Assembly (NCBI GenBank): GCA_958009085.1
Contig: OY253670.1
Location: forward strand, 1,116,001 to 1,180,000
Reading direction: 5' to 3'
Source: Protoeuglena noctilucae
Taxonomy: Eukaryota
DNA: 64,000 bases
The notes beneath the pieces are model-generated. The model had not been told where the DNA came from. It was given only the letters and a program-made list of their open reading frames with translations, and did not search any database. Below are positions 13,318 to 27,343 of the stretch, one piece after another; positions within the stretch are counted from its first letter, which is position 1; every line of letters begins with the position of its first letter. The translations under genes were made by a program, and so were the position numbers.

Positions 13318-16300
13318 ATGCGCCGAGCGGCACGTTCGCTCGGCCTCGTGTACAGGTCCAGCGCGGCGTTCTCGTGGTGGGGCGGGTGGGAGGGGAGAAG
13401 CCGAGACCTATCCTGGGGTTGTCCGGAGTGGTCCCGCGCCTTTGCCGCCGAGCGGCCGGCGGCGGGGGAGATCGGTCTAGGGGCCCATCGCATCGACTCG
13501 TTCGCCCAGGACCGGATCCGGAACTTCTCCATCATCGCACACATCGATCATGGCAAGTCTACGCTTGCCGATCGCATCCTCGAGCGCACGGGAGCGATCG
13601 ACGCCGGGTCCAAGGCCCAGTTCCTCGACTCGCTGGCCGTCGAGGGTGAGCGAGGGATAACGGTGAAGGCAAAGACCGTGTCCGTGGTCTACGAGCATCG
13701 AGGCGTACCATACCTGCTCAACCTCATCGGTGAGAGGCGCTAGAGCGCGTAGATGACCACGCGCACGCATCCCCAACATGCAAAGCGCTTGCAAAGCGCT
13801 GCCCTGCCCCTCCGCAGACACTCCCGGTCACGTGGATTTCGCCTATGAGGTCTCCCGTTCTCTCGCGGCCTGCACGGTGCGCAGCCTCGCCCGCGCGCAG
13901 CAGTGCGCCCTGGCATTGCGCAGCCACCAAGCTACTCAAACCCTTTCAATGTCTGCCACCCACGCAGGGCGCCCTGCTGCTGGTGGACGCCTCGCAGGGC
14001 ATCCAGGCGCAGACCGTCGCCAACTTCTTTTTGGCTTTCGAGCTCGACCTCTCCATCGTCCCGGTGATCAACAAAATCGACATGCCCACGGCGGACGTCC
14101 CTTCGGTGCAGGAGCAGCTCCGCGACGTGCTCGCCCTGCAGCCCGCGGACTGCGTGCTGGCGTCGGCCAAGACGGGCCAGGGCCTGGACGACGTGCTGGC
14201 GGCCGTCGTCGAGCGCATGCCGTGCCCGGCCGGTGCGTACCTGGATGCGTACCCGCGGCCCCTATGAGCCAGCCGTGGTCCCCACCGTGTCGCTTCAGAT
14301 GTGCAGTTACGCGTGGCACTTACCCATCTCCCATCAATGCCATCGCGGTGTGCACACAGGCAACGCCGCGGGCCCCCTCCGCATGATGCTCTTTGACGCG
14401 CACCACGACCCGTACCGTGGCGTCATCTGCCTGTTCCAGGCGAGCACAGCATGTGGTGTTCCACCTCCCACGCGATGTGCCTCTCATGGCGGCCCACCGC
14501 TGGGCTAGGGCCACCACGCTCACATGATCGGAGCCGTGCCTTACACCCGCAGGTGGTGGACGGATCGCTGCGCCGGGGCGACCGCATCGTCAGTTCCGCG
14601 ACCAAGGAGGCGTATGACGCGCAGGAGATCGGCGTGCTGACGCCCAAGATGGTGCCATGGTGAGCTCGGATGGGCCAGTCGATGTTGACACGACCGACGT
14701 GCCTCCAGTGCAGTACTGAGATGGTCCAGTCGATGTTGATATGCATGACGCCCTTCCAGCGCCGCCCTCACGGTTCTCTCCGCCCGACCCGTGCCCTCAG
14801 TGACGTCCTCAGCACCGGGCAGGTCGGCTACGTGATCACGGGCATGAAGGCCGCCCGCTCAGCCCGGGTCGGCGACACCTGGCACGTCCACAACCAGCCC
14901 GTGGAAGCTCTGCGGGGCTTCCAGCCAGCCCTGCCCAAGGTCTTTGCGGGCATCTATCCCATGTCCGCCGAGCAGTTCAACAGCCTGCAGGAAGCCATCG
15001 TGAGGGGCCTGGGCTCACGTGGCTCAATCGCCTTCATTGACATCTCGCAAGCGTGCGCCGAGCAGCGGTGGCGCCTTGCAGGCGGTCACCAGGCGCAACA
15101 CGCCGTAGGTATCAACCACACTACCGCTTTCCTGTCCCTGCAGGACCGACTGCTCCTCACGGACTCGTCGGTGGTGATACAGCGCGAGCACAGCGCGGCG
15201 CTCGGGATGGGATTTCGTTGCGGGTTCTTGGGCCTCCTGCACATGGATGTGTTCCGGCAGCGACTGGAGCAAGAGTACGGCGCGATTGCAGTCATCACGT
15301 CGCCCACCGGTGCGGGGTGCTGCCACGACACAGGGAGGGTGGTGTTTCCTCTGCCATGTGTTTCCTGTGTCTCAATGAAGTGCTAATACCAGCATGGTGT
15401 CATGGTGTGGTCGCCTGTATCTCCGCCCGCAGTGCCGTACCGCGTCGTGCTGGCGGACGGCTCGGAGGTGACCGTCGAGAACCCCGTGCATTTCCCGGTG
15501 GGCCAGAAGATCAAGGAGGTGATGGCGCAAGCCGCAAGGCCCCTCATACATCACGCATGCCGCGTGTTGCTGCGACTGCACGTGCCTTCACCTCACGCTT
15601 GCCACGATTGGATAGGCTCCTGTTTTGTGACATACAGGTCCATGAGCCGGTGGTGCGTGCGACGGTCATTGTGCCAAATGAGCACCTGGGTGTGGTCCTG
15701 CAGCTCTGCCACAGCCGGCGGGGAGAGCCCGTGGGGCAGTCGAGCCTGGGACCCTCCCGCACGCTGCTGCACTACCTCCTGCCCGCGTCAGAGCTCGCCA
15801 GCAGCTTTTACGACGACCTCAAGAGCGCTACCAGCGGCTATGCGTCTTTCGACTACGAGGACGCTGGCGACAGGTGCGGAATGGTGCGGTGCAAGTGGGC
15901 AGATTAGCATGTGCGGATTGGGGTGTGCCGCTGTTGGCGACCATCGCGCCTGCCGCCCCTCGCCGCAGGGTGGCAGACATGGTGCGCCTGGATCTGCTGG
16001 TCAACGGCGAGCCCGTCGATGCGATGGCCAAGGTCGTGCATCGGGACGAGGCCTCGCGTGTCGGGCGGCGCCTCGTGACGCGGCTGCAGGCCATCATGCA
16101 GCGGGAGCTCTTCGACGTCGTGCTGCAGGTGAATCAGCGCGGCTGACTTTTCTTCCTTTCTCATCTATCGCTGGCGCTGCAGTCTGGATTGGGACTGCAG
16201 CTGCTGTGGCTCCTCTCGCCCTTAGGCAAAGACGGGCGGCAAGATTGTCGTGCGGGAGACGGTCAAGGCGTACCGGAAGGACGTGACGGCCAAGTGCTAC

Positions 16301-16657
16301 GGGTGAGGGTCTGCTGCTAGCTAGTCATCCTCTGTGCCGCTTGAATTAGTCAGTGAACGAGGTCTCACGCGCGCCCCACCCTTCCCGTGCTTCCAGGGGC
16401 GACGTCTCGCGCAAACGCAAGGCGAGGCCAGCCCTGTGGCTGGCTGTGGGTCGGGAGTCAGGCCGCTGACGAGGCCTCGCACAGCGTGTACAGTCTGTCG
16501 TGACGTTGTCGGCACGTTCGCGCGCGCCTCATCACCTGTCTTCTCTGCGCCTCCCCCGCAGTTGTTGGAGAAGCAGAAGGAGGGCAAGAAGCGCATGCGT
16601 GCTTTCGGGAACGTGCAGGTCCCCTTGGATGCTTTCGTCGATATGGCTAAGGCATAG
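13318..16657 (+). CDS. GUF1: Translation factor GUF1/LepA (EF4), organellar (probably mitochondrial)
   Basis: '[20 protein letters not shown]', 'ERGITVKA', 'DTPGHVDF', 'NKID', '[15 protein letters not shown]', 'SGYASFDY' and '[29 protein letters not shown]', across many introns. Confidence 0.95.
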
Positions 16658-17026
16658 AGCGGGCACAGAGCGAGGACCGGTGCTTAATGGGTGCCGTTGC
16701 TTCTCAAGAGGTGCCGTTGCGGGAGCGATGGCCGACGCTCGATAGATGCCGTTGCGGGAGCGGGAGCGGGTCCAAAGCTTTTGAATGGCTGCTAGCGAAG
16801 TGCAAAGATCCGTCCGGGTAACGGAAGACACGACGCAAGTAGGAGTAGAGAAATGAAAACAGTCTGGCTCGGCAGGGCGCCACGAGCGCGGCAGGAAAAT
16901 AAGCCTCGCGGTGCGCCAGCCACGGCCTTAGTCAAAGCACGTTCGTGCAAGTGAGCGCCTGTGCCAGGGGGCTGCCAGCCCTCCCAGCGACCGCGTGCAC
17001 TTCCAAAGAGAGAGAGTCAGAAACCG

Positions 17027-18074
17027 TTACGTCGGCTTCGCGGCCCGCTTCGTCGGCTTCGCGGCCCGCTTGAAGGCCTTGACGCGCTCCTTCGTGACGG
17101 CCAGCTCCCCGTTGAGCGTCGAGAAGGCCAGCTCCAAAGCACGGAGCGCCGGCTCGGCCAGGTCGAAGGTGGCGCGCGCGAGGGGCGAGGCGGGCGCGCA
17201 GGACTCGCCCCGCAGGGAACAGAGGTGCGACCGCACCCTGCAGAGGTGCTCGTGCACCCTGAGCAAGACCTCGCGCCCTCGGCGATACTTCGCCTTGGCA
17301 CTGCGGGGCGGGGCGGGTGGGGAATCGTCGCTGGACCGTCACGACACGTACATTCCGCCGCAAGGCATCCCGAATCGCGCGCGCCGTCCGCGGGCGCCCC
17401 CAAAACCCATCGCCTCGATGTGTCCGGTTCCTGCCTCACCTTTTGAGCGCGGCCTTGTCGGCGATGGGCTGGCAGGCCTTGTAATCTTGAACGCCCGCCA
17501 ACCACTCGTCCGGGGCTTGCATCACGCCCTTCGCGTCACGGCGCAGGCCCATCTGCAGCACCTCCGTCACCGCTTGCTCCGCCACGTCCCCCGGAATCGG
17601 CCCCTTCCCGGCCGCGCCCGCAAGCGAGGTGACGACCAGATAGTCCGGAGAGTTGGGCCCTGTGCTGGAGGCCCGCGTCACCGAGTCGGAAGGGCCGAAC
17701 GGCAGGCAAGACGGGGAGGGGCCACAGCTGAGCGGCCGGCAGCTCTTCCCGTCCTCGATCCCGCCGTTGTCCGCCACCAGCGCAGCCTCTGCAGTCACAA
17801 GATGTGCAGAGACGGTCAAGAGCGCTGGAGGGGAGCGCGCAGGGGCACCCACGGTGGCAGCCGCAGGCTCACCGAGCTCAAGGTCGAATACGTCCAGATC
17901 CTCGGCCCTGGGCCGCTTTTCCGTAGAAGTGGTGTTGACATCCACCCGTGCGCGCTTCCCCTTCGCGCTGCGCACGTTCCCATCGCACGATGTGCAGACC
18001 TCGACCGGTCGACCCTTCGGCCTCGCGGGAGGTTCGCGCGTCTCACTCAGACATCCCTTCTTCCCTCGGCCCAT
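17027..18074 (-). CDS. Hypothetical protein (basic N-terminus, C-terminal helical/coiled-coil region)
   Basis: Exon 1 runs MGRGKKG...KAALK with a GTGAGG donor near 17439. The exon 2 acceptor near 17301 gives 'AKAKYRRGREVLLRVHEHL...LAVTKERVKAFKRAAKPTKRAAKPT*'. No family recognised. Confidence 0.5.
17030..17071. repeat. Perfect 2 x 21-bp tandem repeat (CGTCGGCTTCGCGGCCCGCTT), encoding KRAAKPT twice on the minus strand
   Basis: Two identical units at 17030-17050 and 17051-17071, read directly. Confidence 0.95.
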
Positions 18075-18659
18075 GCAGAGGGAGTCCCGAACCGACTCAG
18101 GCGACCCCCCCGCCGGGCCGACCTGCGCGCGCGGCGGCAGAGGCTCCAGACCGTGGGGGCTCGGAGATCGCAGGCGCAGGGCCCTGGCACCCGGCCCGCT
18201 GCGGGTCGGCAGAGGCATGGCCACGACCAGAGGCAGCGCGAGCACAGCAGAGGGCCGGGGAGCCGCCGAAGCCGACGATCGCAGGCGGCGTGCTCCGCCC
18301 CAATGGGCCCGTCGCCCCGGGGATCCCGGCGCGCAGGCGAAGGCACAGGAGCCCGCTGCCAAGCACCTGTAACGCGAAGCTCCCTCCTCAGAAAGCAACA
18401 GAAAAGTAGGAAGTTACCGCGGCAGAGGCGGCGCAATGTCGATGGCTGAGCTACTCAGCAAACGGTGTGGCGACGATGGGTCGCTCCATCGACGTAAATT
18501 GAAGGAGCCGGCGCAGAGGAGGTGTTGCTGACGCAAGACTGGCGTGCAACGCAGGCCACCGTCAAAACTCTGTGTGATGGCCCTTGCGTGTGGTCCTTGT
18601 TGCATCATAGCGCGGCCTTGGATTGGAGTCCCATTCTCACGCTCTCTGACGCAAAGGGC

Positions 18660-21600
18660 ATGCATGAGATGTCGCCAAAGGCTGAGTCCCGTTCCATCAA
18701 ACTAACGGACCTCCCCTTCGACTGCCTGGCCCTCATCCATGAGTATCTGTCTCCGCTGGGGCCTCGAGGGGAGGCGGAGCCCACGCTCCCAGTGTGGGCC
18801 CGCTTGTACAGCCAGGCAGCGAGAGACGTGAGTTGGCGACCAGATACGGCATGAGTACCGTGGTTGGCGACAACGGTCGATGTCGCCGTCACACGGGAAG
18901 TTCTCGAACAGCCTCGCGGTATGTCGTTTGCAGCCTCCCAAGCCGGCATGGGGGCATCCGCATCGCATGGTCGCTGTCCCGGACAAGTGGAGCTTCTACT
19001 CGAGCTGCAAATCGGTCCGCAGCGCCGTCCTGGGCGCGGCCAAGTACGCTGTCCTCCTCCCTCGCCCCATCCGCGGAGGCGACTTGGACATCGCGGCCGC
19101 AGCGGACGCCGTTCGGAACGTCCTGTCGCTGGCCACCCATGTGACCCAGGTGAGTCCCTCCCCTGCGCGCCACCGCGCAACCAGCGACCGCCCCGACCGC
19201 CCTGTGTGAAGTGGAGGACCAGAGAGGGCATAAAAGAGGCATCCCTCGCCCCGCACCACCGCCCCGTCCTCCGTGCACGTTCGCCTCTGGCCACGCTCTG
19301 CAGGTCGACCTGACGGAGTTTGATGTGGGCACAGACGCGGAGCTGGAGACACTGGTGTCGGCCCTCGGGACCCTCCCTGCGCTGCGGCACGTGCGGCTCG
19401 ACTGCCGGGCACGGGGCCTCACCGCCCGTGCGCTCCACTGCCTGCGTCACGTGCCCGCGCTCGAGTGCGTGGAGATTCGGTGGTGCACGGACATCACGCC
19501 TGACATGGTGCAGGTGGGTCAGGACACCCTATCAGGCAGGGGCGTCGCTGGCCAAGCCCCACGACGACCGTCACACTCCCTGCCCCGCTGCAGGCCCTGT
19601 CTGCGCTGCCGCGCCTCCGCGACGTCGACCTGGTGTGGACGAGCGACACGGCGACGGACGAGGGCTTCACGCTCCTCCGCTGCATCCCGCGCCTGAGGTC
19701 CGTCGAGATCTTCATGCCGCCCTACGTCTCCCAGGGCTCCATCCTGCGCCTGCGGGACCTGGACATCCCCCGCGGGGTCCTGCTGGAATTCATGCTTCGG
19801 CGGCGCGGCTCTCTCGATGTGGACTTTGCCTGGTCAGATGGAGCGCTAGACGCTCTGCGGCAGATGCGGGGGCTGCAGGGCCTCGATGTGGCCTTCCTGG
19901 AGAACGCCGTGCGCGCTGTGCCAGGCGAGGGGAGCTTTAAAGGAGGGCGATCGGTGTTTTTGGGGGCAGGGGTCGTCTTGCCTGCGTCACACCTTGGCTC
20001 GCCTGCCCGTCGCCCGCAGCCATCGGCGAGATGACGCAGCTGACCCGGCTGTGCCTCCCTCGCCTCTGGGAGCCCACCTGGCTCATCACCAACGCCACCG
20101 CGGTCAACGACGCGATCCTGTCGGCCTCCAGCACCGTCGTGTCCCTCACCCGCCTGCGCGCCCTGGACGTCACCGCCCCGCACCTCTCCTACGCCTTCCA
20201 ACACCTCCAGAACCTCTCAGCTCTGAAAGACATCACCCTGGTGAGACTGCAGACTGCGTGCAGTTGTCACAACAGTTGCGGACGCTGCTTGGCTTTCCTC
20301 TGGTCATTTCAAAGCATGAAGCGCAATCTCACGGTGCAGGCGGTGAGCCAGCTGGAGGAGGAAGCCTCGTCCGCCACTCCCATCCTCACCATCGAGCCCG
20401 GCCGGCCCCTGCCCCACATCACGGTCATCGTCAACGCCGACCACCCCGACCACCGCATCTCCGCCGGACACCTCCGGCAGCTCGAGCGAGTCGACCGCGC
20501 CCTGGGGCCGGAACTCGTCCTCGGCACCGACGCTGACGCTCCGACTGCGTCAACCACAAGCGTACCCCGCCCCGTGGCGGCGGGCCCCAACCTGCACCTG
20601 CTCCAGGAGCTGTCGCTGCAGATGGTACGCGCGCGAGATGCCAGGGCCGTTTGCGATACTCTGGCGCATCTCCAGGACCTCACGGGTGGGTGGGCAGCTA
20701 GGCCGACAGATCGTGCTTCGTAGGGCACGGCTGTCGCTGGGCGGTCACTGCGGCATCGATCGTGCTTTGTGAGCATCGTTGTCATTGGACGATACGGCCG
20801 GGTGCGATGTCTACGCGCTCCACGTCATGCTCGCAGTCCTGGCGATGCTCTTTGATGAGCCCGTCCGGCGGGGGGAGGACTTGGGACCCCTGGGTTTGCT
20901 GCCGTGAGTGCAGTGGGTTCTGAGCTGCTGGGCTGCTGAGATGCCGGGTTTCTGAAATGCCGGAGTTTTTATACTATCCATTATTCGATGATCTGTTGAT
21001 CGTGCCAATCATACCTTCGCTCCCCACTGGCCGCAGCCGCTTGTGTGAGCTGACCATCCGCGACGTCGACGGATGGGTTGACATTTTCGACCATCCTCAG
21101 TCGGCCCACCCATTCCTCCCTCGTCTCACCAACCTCGAGGTGACGTCCATGGCCGAGACGTGGGACGTCTTGTTGGCCTTTCGAATGACATGTGGAGTCA
21201 TGGGCGTCTCGGTGCTTCACGGCTGTTCGCTCACGCCCGCTTCGCCCCGCCGTCGGTGCAGATGGGCGGCGCGATCGGCAACGCCCAGGTGCTCAGTCGT
21301 CTGACCAAAACCACCGTGCTGGACTCCCTCGCGGTGCTGCGTGTCTCGACACTCGACGTCAACCTCTCCCACCTGCGCGCCCTCTCGTCCCTGCCCCAGC
21401 TCACGCAGCTGCACCTCACGACGTCACACGAGGTCGCCCCGGCCGCCGCGACAGACCCCGCTGAAAGCCAGAGCGACGGTGCCCTGCGAGACGTGAGCCC
21501 TGCCGCCACCCGCACGGTGCATCAGCATGCATGAGAGCTGGCGGTGGTGGTGGTGGCATCCACACAACGCCACTTATCCACAGGAATGTGTGCATCTTCT

Positions 21601-22845
21601 AAGCAGAATGGCGTCGCATGCACATGGGCGTCGCTGCAGGCACACCGCTGCCCCTGCCGTGGCCGCAGGAGCAACCCGGCAGTCCCTCGCGCACCTTCCC
21701 GCACCTCATGGACATCTCCGTGTTCTGTGGGACTGCCGCCGACCTCGGCACCATCCTGCGCGCCATCACCGGGCCTTGCTTCACGCCGTCCCTCAGGTCC
21801 CTGGAGCTCTCCGTCAACCCCTGGTGGCTGGGGTTCAACACCCTCGAACAGGTGAGGCAACGAGCATCATACGGCACACATTAGGTCACCTCATCTCATT
21901 GCCCGCCTCATCTCACCTTTCCCCATCTCATCTGCCCGCTTCGTCTGCCGCTCCTGCTGTTCGCCTCCACACCGGCACCGCAACTCGGTTGCGACCGTCG
22001 CCCTCCGTCGTCCGACGCAGTTCCCCGTCTCTGAGCTCAGCGCCCTCTCTCACCTCTCCTCCCTGGAGGACCTGACCCTGTCAGACATCAACGTGCTTCC
22101 GGTCCGGGCCACGGAGGCAAGCACGCACAGCACGCACAGCGTGAGGCGAAGCTCCGTCGGCGCCTGTGAGCTTTGCGGTGTTGTCGCCACCAAAGCTTGT
22201 TTATGCCTTTGCGTTTGTCGCAGGGGGAGTTCCTCTGCGAGGCCCTGGCAGGGCTCCCTAACCTGAAAGGCCTCCACCTGTTTGCACCCGTCCTGTGCAT
22301 GCCATCCTTCCGGTGAGGGGGCCAGCCGGCGTCGTAGACAGGACACTCGACGTGGCGTGTCACGAACCGCAGCTCGGTTGCGCTTGCGCTGCAACCTCGC
22401 ACACCCTCCCGCGTCCGCAGAGGGGTGGCGGCGCTGTCAGGCCTGCGGCAGCTGGCGGTGGGGCGCGGGAACGGCCTCAGCGCGGGGATGGGGCTCATGG
22501 AGGAGACCTCGGTCCCAGGATCCCAGGTGTTCAGCCCCCCGGTGTGGGAGGAGATCGCTTCTCTCCAATTCCTGGAGCATCTGGAGCTCCCGGGGCATTG
22601 GATCGAGAACCTCGCGGTCCTCGCCAGGCTCAGGAACCTGCGCCTCCTCGCCTGTACCAGCCCGCCCTCGCTCGCCACCCTCCAGGTGCGGCAAAGGGGG
22701 CTGGGCACTTTTCGCACTGATGGCGGCTTCGTGCTGTGCTTTGCATGACGTGCTGTGAACGACGGAGGACGGCACACACGTGTGATGTGCCTCGCAGAGT
22801 GTCAACCTCATTTCGGCTCAAGTTGTGCTGAGGTACCAGGACTGA
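18660..22845 (+). CDS. F-box-like / leucine-rich repeat (RNI-like) protein (multi-exon)
   Basis: N-terminal 'LTDLPFDCLALIHEYL' (F-box-like) and many LxxLxL repeats (LPALRHVRL, LTRLRALDV, LPQLTQLHL, LQFLEHLEL). Last exon 22798-22845 reads SVNLISAQVVLRYQD*. Confidence 0.75.
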
Positions 22846-23180
22846 CAGCCGCACACTCGACGCGGTGGGATGTGCCCTGGGCTTTTGGATCGACCCACCT
22901 GCATGCACTGCGCTGCGCTGCGCTCGGAGCCAGCAATGCGACAATTTCGCACCTCACTCTCTCGCTATCTACGACCGCCGTCATTCGCGGCCAGGCCAGC
23001 AAGAGTCGCTTGACCGGATTCAAAGGTGCTAGGACGAGTCGCATTTGGTTGAAAAAAGTGCAATGCTCTTGCCGCACACACCCTCACATGAGTGCCAGCA
23101 ACAGAGCCGCCCGGGGACCCCGGAAGCGGGCTGAGCGCCGCACAAACGCAGCAGCCCACGCCCGTCTCTGCTGGTTGCGT

Positions 23181-23185
23181 TTACA
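23181..23185 (-). promoter_or_regulatory. Putative chlorophyte polyadenylation signal TGTAA downstream of actin
   Basis: TTACA on the plus strand about 40 nt past the actin stop. UGUAA is the established chlorophyte poly(A) signal. Confidence 0.45.
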
Positions 23186-23225
23186 AGCACACGCAGCACT
23201 ACACGCCCGTCCCTGCTCCCCAAGC

Positions 23226-25202
<1,977 letters not shown>

Positions 25203-25823
25203 CTCCGCCGGCTCTCTCTACGCGATACCCAACCGCTCCGCGCGCGGCACGAGTCGCCCCCCCAGTGCGAAGACTGCAATCTCCCGGTGCGCTCGAAGCA
25301 AGCCAGAGATCGCTGACGAGGGCGACCTGCGTGCCGGAAGGACGGAACGGGACGTGGAGGTGCGCAGCTAGGCAACGGCGAACACTGCAGCCGCCGAGAC
25401 GCCACCATGCGGCGACGCTCGCTTGAGGAACATGCGGCACATGCGTGGCATCTGCCCCGCCGTGGCGACCGCATCAACGCAAGCCACCCCTCGGCCAAAT
25501 GCACACAGTCACAAGCACACATGAGATGGCCTCCCGCGCGTCATTGCGTCTCACCTGCTCGCGAGGGTGCCGGAGCTCCTGCTTTTGAAATCCTGGGCCC
25601 TGCGAGTAACTCCGCGGAAAGCCACCGGTCAACATCCTGGTGAGTCGTCATCGCGTCAACGGGCGTTGAAGCTGCGCGCCGTGTTTTCTGAGGGGGGCAT
25701 ACCGTCAGAAGGGACCTCGCTCGCGCATGAGGCGATGAACGCGGGCGTGTCCGCCGCTATCACGTCAATGGACACATCGGGGCTTCGTCGGCGCAGCCAG
25801 CGCTACCTCTGGGGTCGTCGCTG

Positions 25824-27199
25824 ATGGTGGAGAGCTCGGCGCTCACGCTTCGGTCGCTGGCCGAGCGGCTACCCATCCCCGCGGTGTACGAATGCCAAGC
25901 GGCGTTGAGGAGGTGCCAAGAGCAGGTAACACGAGGTGCACTGCTTCGCCGGAAAGTCCGAGAGGGAGGGCTTGGAGGGTGGTACCATGCTTGAGCTGTC
26001 GTGTGTGCCGCCGCAGGCCGAGATTTCCGCCCGTGCACAGAGCGCGCGCTTTGTTACCAGCGGATACGAGCCGAGAAGGCGCGGGTTTGTTGCCGCATCA
26101 CCGGCGGAGGATGAGGATGAAGACGATCGCCCGCACGGTTACGTCCCCGGGATGGGGACTGCACCGTCCGGGTTCCGCTTCCCTGGGCCCAGGTACCGGC
26201 GGGGCGAGCCGCAAGTGCAGCAGGCAGCGGAGGCGGAGCCATCGGGCCAGGGGTCCGTGCAGGAGGGCATGTCGGCAGCAAGAGAGGGTGAGCGGGCGAC
26301 GGATGGATGGCCCGCGAGCCGCGCTTCGTCCCTGTTGCACCGCGGAGCTTCCCTCCCGTGCTCGCAGTGGTCCAGCAGGCGGGCCAGCGGGCGGAGATCC
26401 GGAGAGACGTCGCGCAGGGGGCGGTCCCTCCATTGGTAATCCCGGACTTCAACAGCATACGCGTCGGCGACGTTCAGGTGCAGCCGCACACCTGTCGCTG
26501 TCCGAGGTGCCTGGGCGCGCGTGCGCGGGCGCGAGTGGCACCCCCGGCGCCCTCTGCTCGCAGACCAACTGTGCGGTCCAGTCCGTGATGGCCACGATTG
26601 GTGGGGCGGTGATGGGGCTCTTGTTTGGCGCCTTCTTCGGCAGCATGGAGACGGCGGGTGGGGGGAACGCCATGCTGGGAGGTGTCACGGGTGAGTTTTG
26701 CTGAGGGCCGCTTGGTGCAGTTGAGTAGCCGCTGACGGTGGTGCACCCAATGATGCATGTGCCGATGCGCGCAGTGGAGGAAAACACGACCGTCCGGAAG
26801 GTACTTTCCGAGATGGTCACGTCCATCCGAACCAAGTCCGTGAGCTACGCCAAGGTGAGCCATGGCATGGGCGTGGGGCAAGAGTGCAAGCCATTTGCAC
26901 GGAGGTGGAGACTTAGCCCTCTGAAAACAGCATGTTTCAGTGTCCTTGTTACATAGCAACCACATAGTACTATGCCCTGTCCCTCTCAGAGCTTCGCGTG
27001 GATGGGGTTCCTGTTTGCGGGGTCCGAGTGCGTGATTGAGAAGTGGCGGGCCAAGACGGACATCTACAACTCGGTGTCGGCGGGGTGCGTCACGGGGGCC
27101 ACCCTGGCTTACGGCACCGGGCCCAAGGGCATGTGCATCGGGTGCGCTGGGTTCGCGGCATTCTCGGCGGCCATCGACAAATTCCTCGGGAGGCACTGA
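25824..27199 (+). CDS. TIM22: Mitochondrial inner membrane translocase subunit TIM22 (Tim17/22/23 family)
   Basis: 'TNCAVQSVMATIGGAVMGLLFGAF', '[41 protein letters not shown]' and 'IGCAGFAAFSAAIDKFL'. The start is uncertain (ATG 25824, or an internal ATG near 26269). Confidence 0.9.
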
Positions 27200-27226
27200 C
27201 GCTGGCAAAATTGACGCTTGCTTGCT

Positions 27227-27231
27227 TGTAA
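27227..27231 (+). promoter_or_regulatory. Putative polyadenylation signal TGTAA downstream of TIM22
   Basis: TGTAA about 28 nt after the stop codon. Confidence 0.45.
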
Positions 27232-27343
27232 CAAGCCCACCGATGTCATGGTTGAAACCTCCCTCATTGCAATGGTCGTGGCTAGCAGGGACAGCGCAGC
27301 ACTAGAGAGGTGCCGCTGCTGAGCAACAACGAAACCGTACTCG

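Noticed and set aside
14675..14739. 14-bp direct repeat CCAGTCGATGTTGA in a GUF1 intron
   Set aside because: Only two short copies with no terminal inverted repeats; probably a local duplication.
13318..16657. Bacterial lepA (contamination or HGT)
   Set aside because: Many spliceosomal introns and a transit-peptide-like N-terminus mark it as nuclear GUF1.
17200..17470. bZIP transcription factor call for the hypothetical gene
   Set aside because: A basic stretch and some leucines are present, but the invariant N-x7-R/K basic-region pattern is absent.
16995..18449. 484-aa plus-strand ORF
   Set aside because: It is Arg/Ala/Gly-rich with no motif and lies antisense to a spliced minus-strand gene; a typical high-GC shadow ORF.
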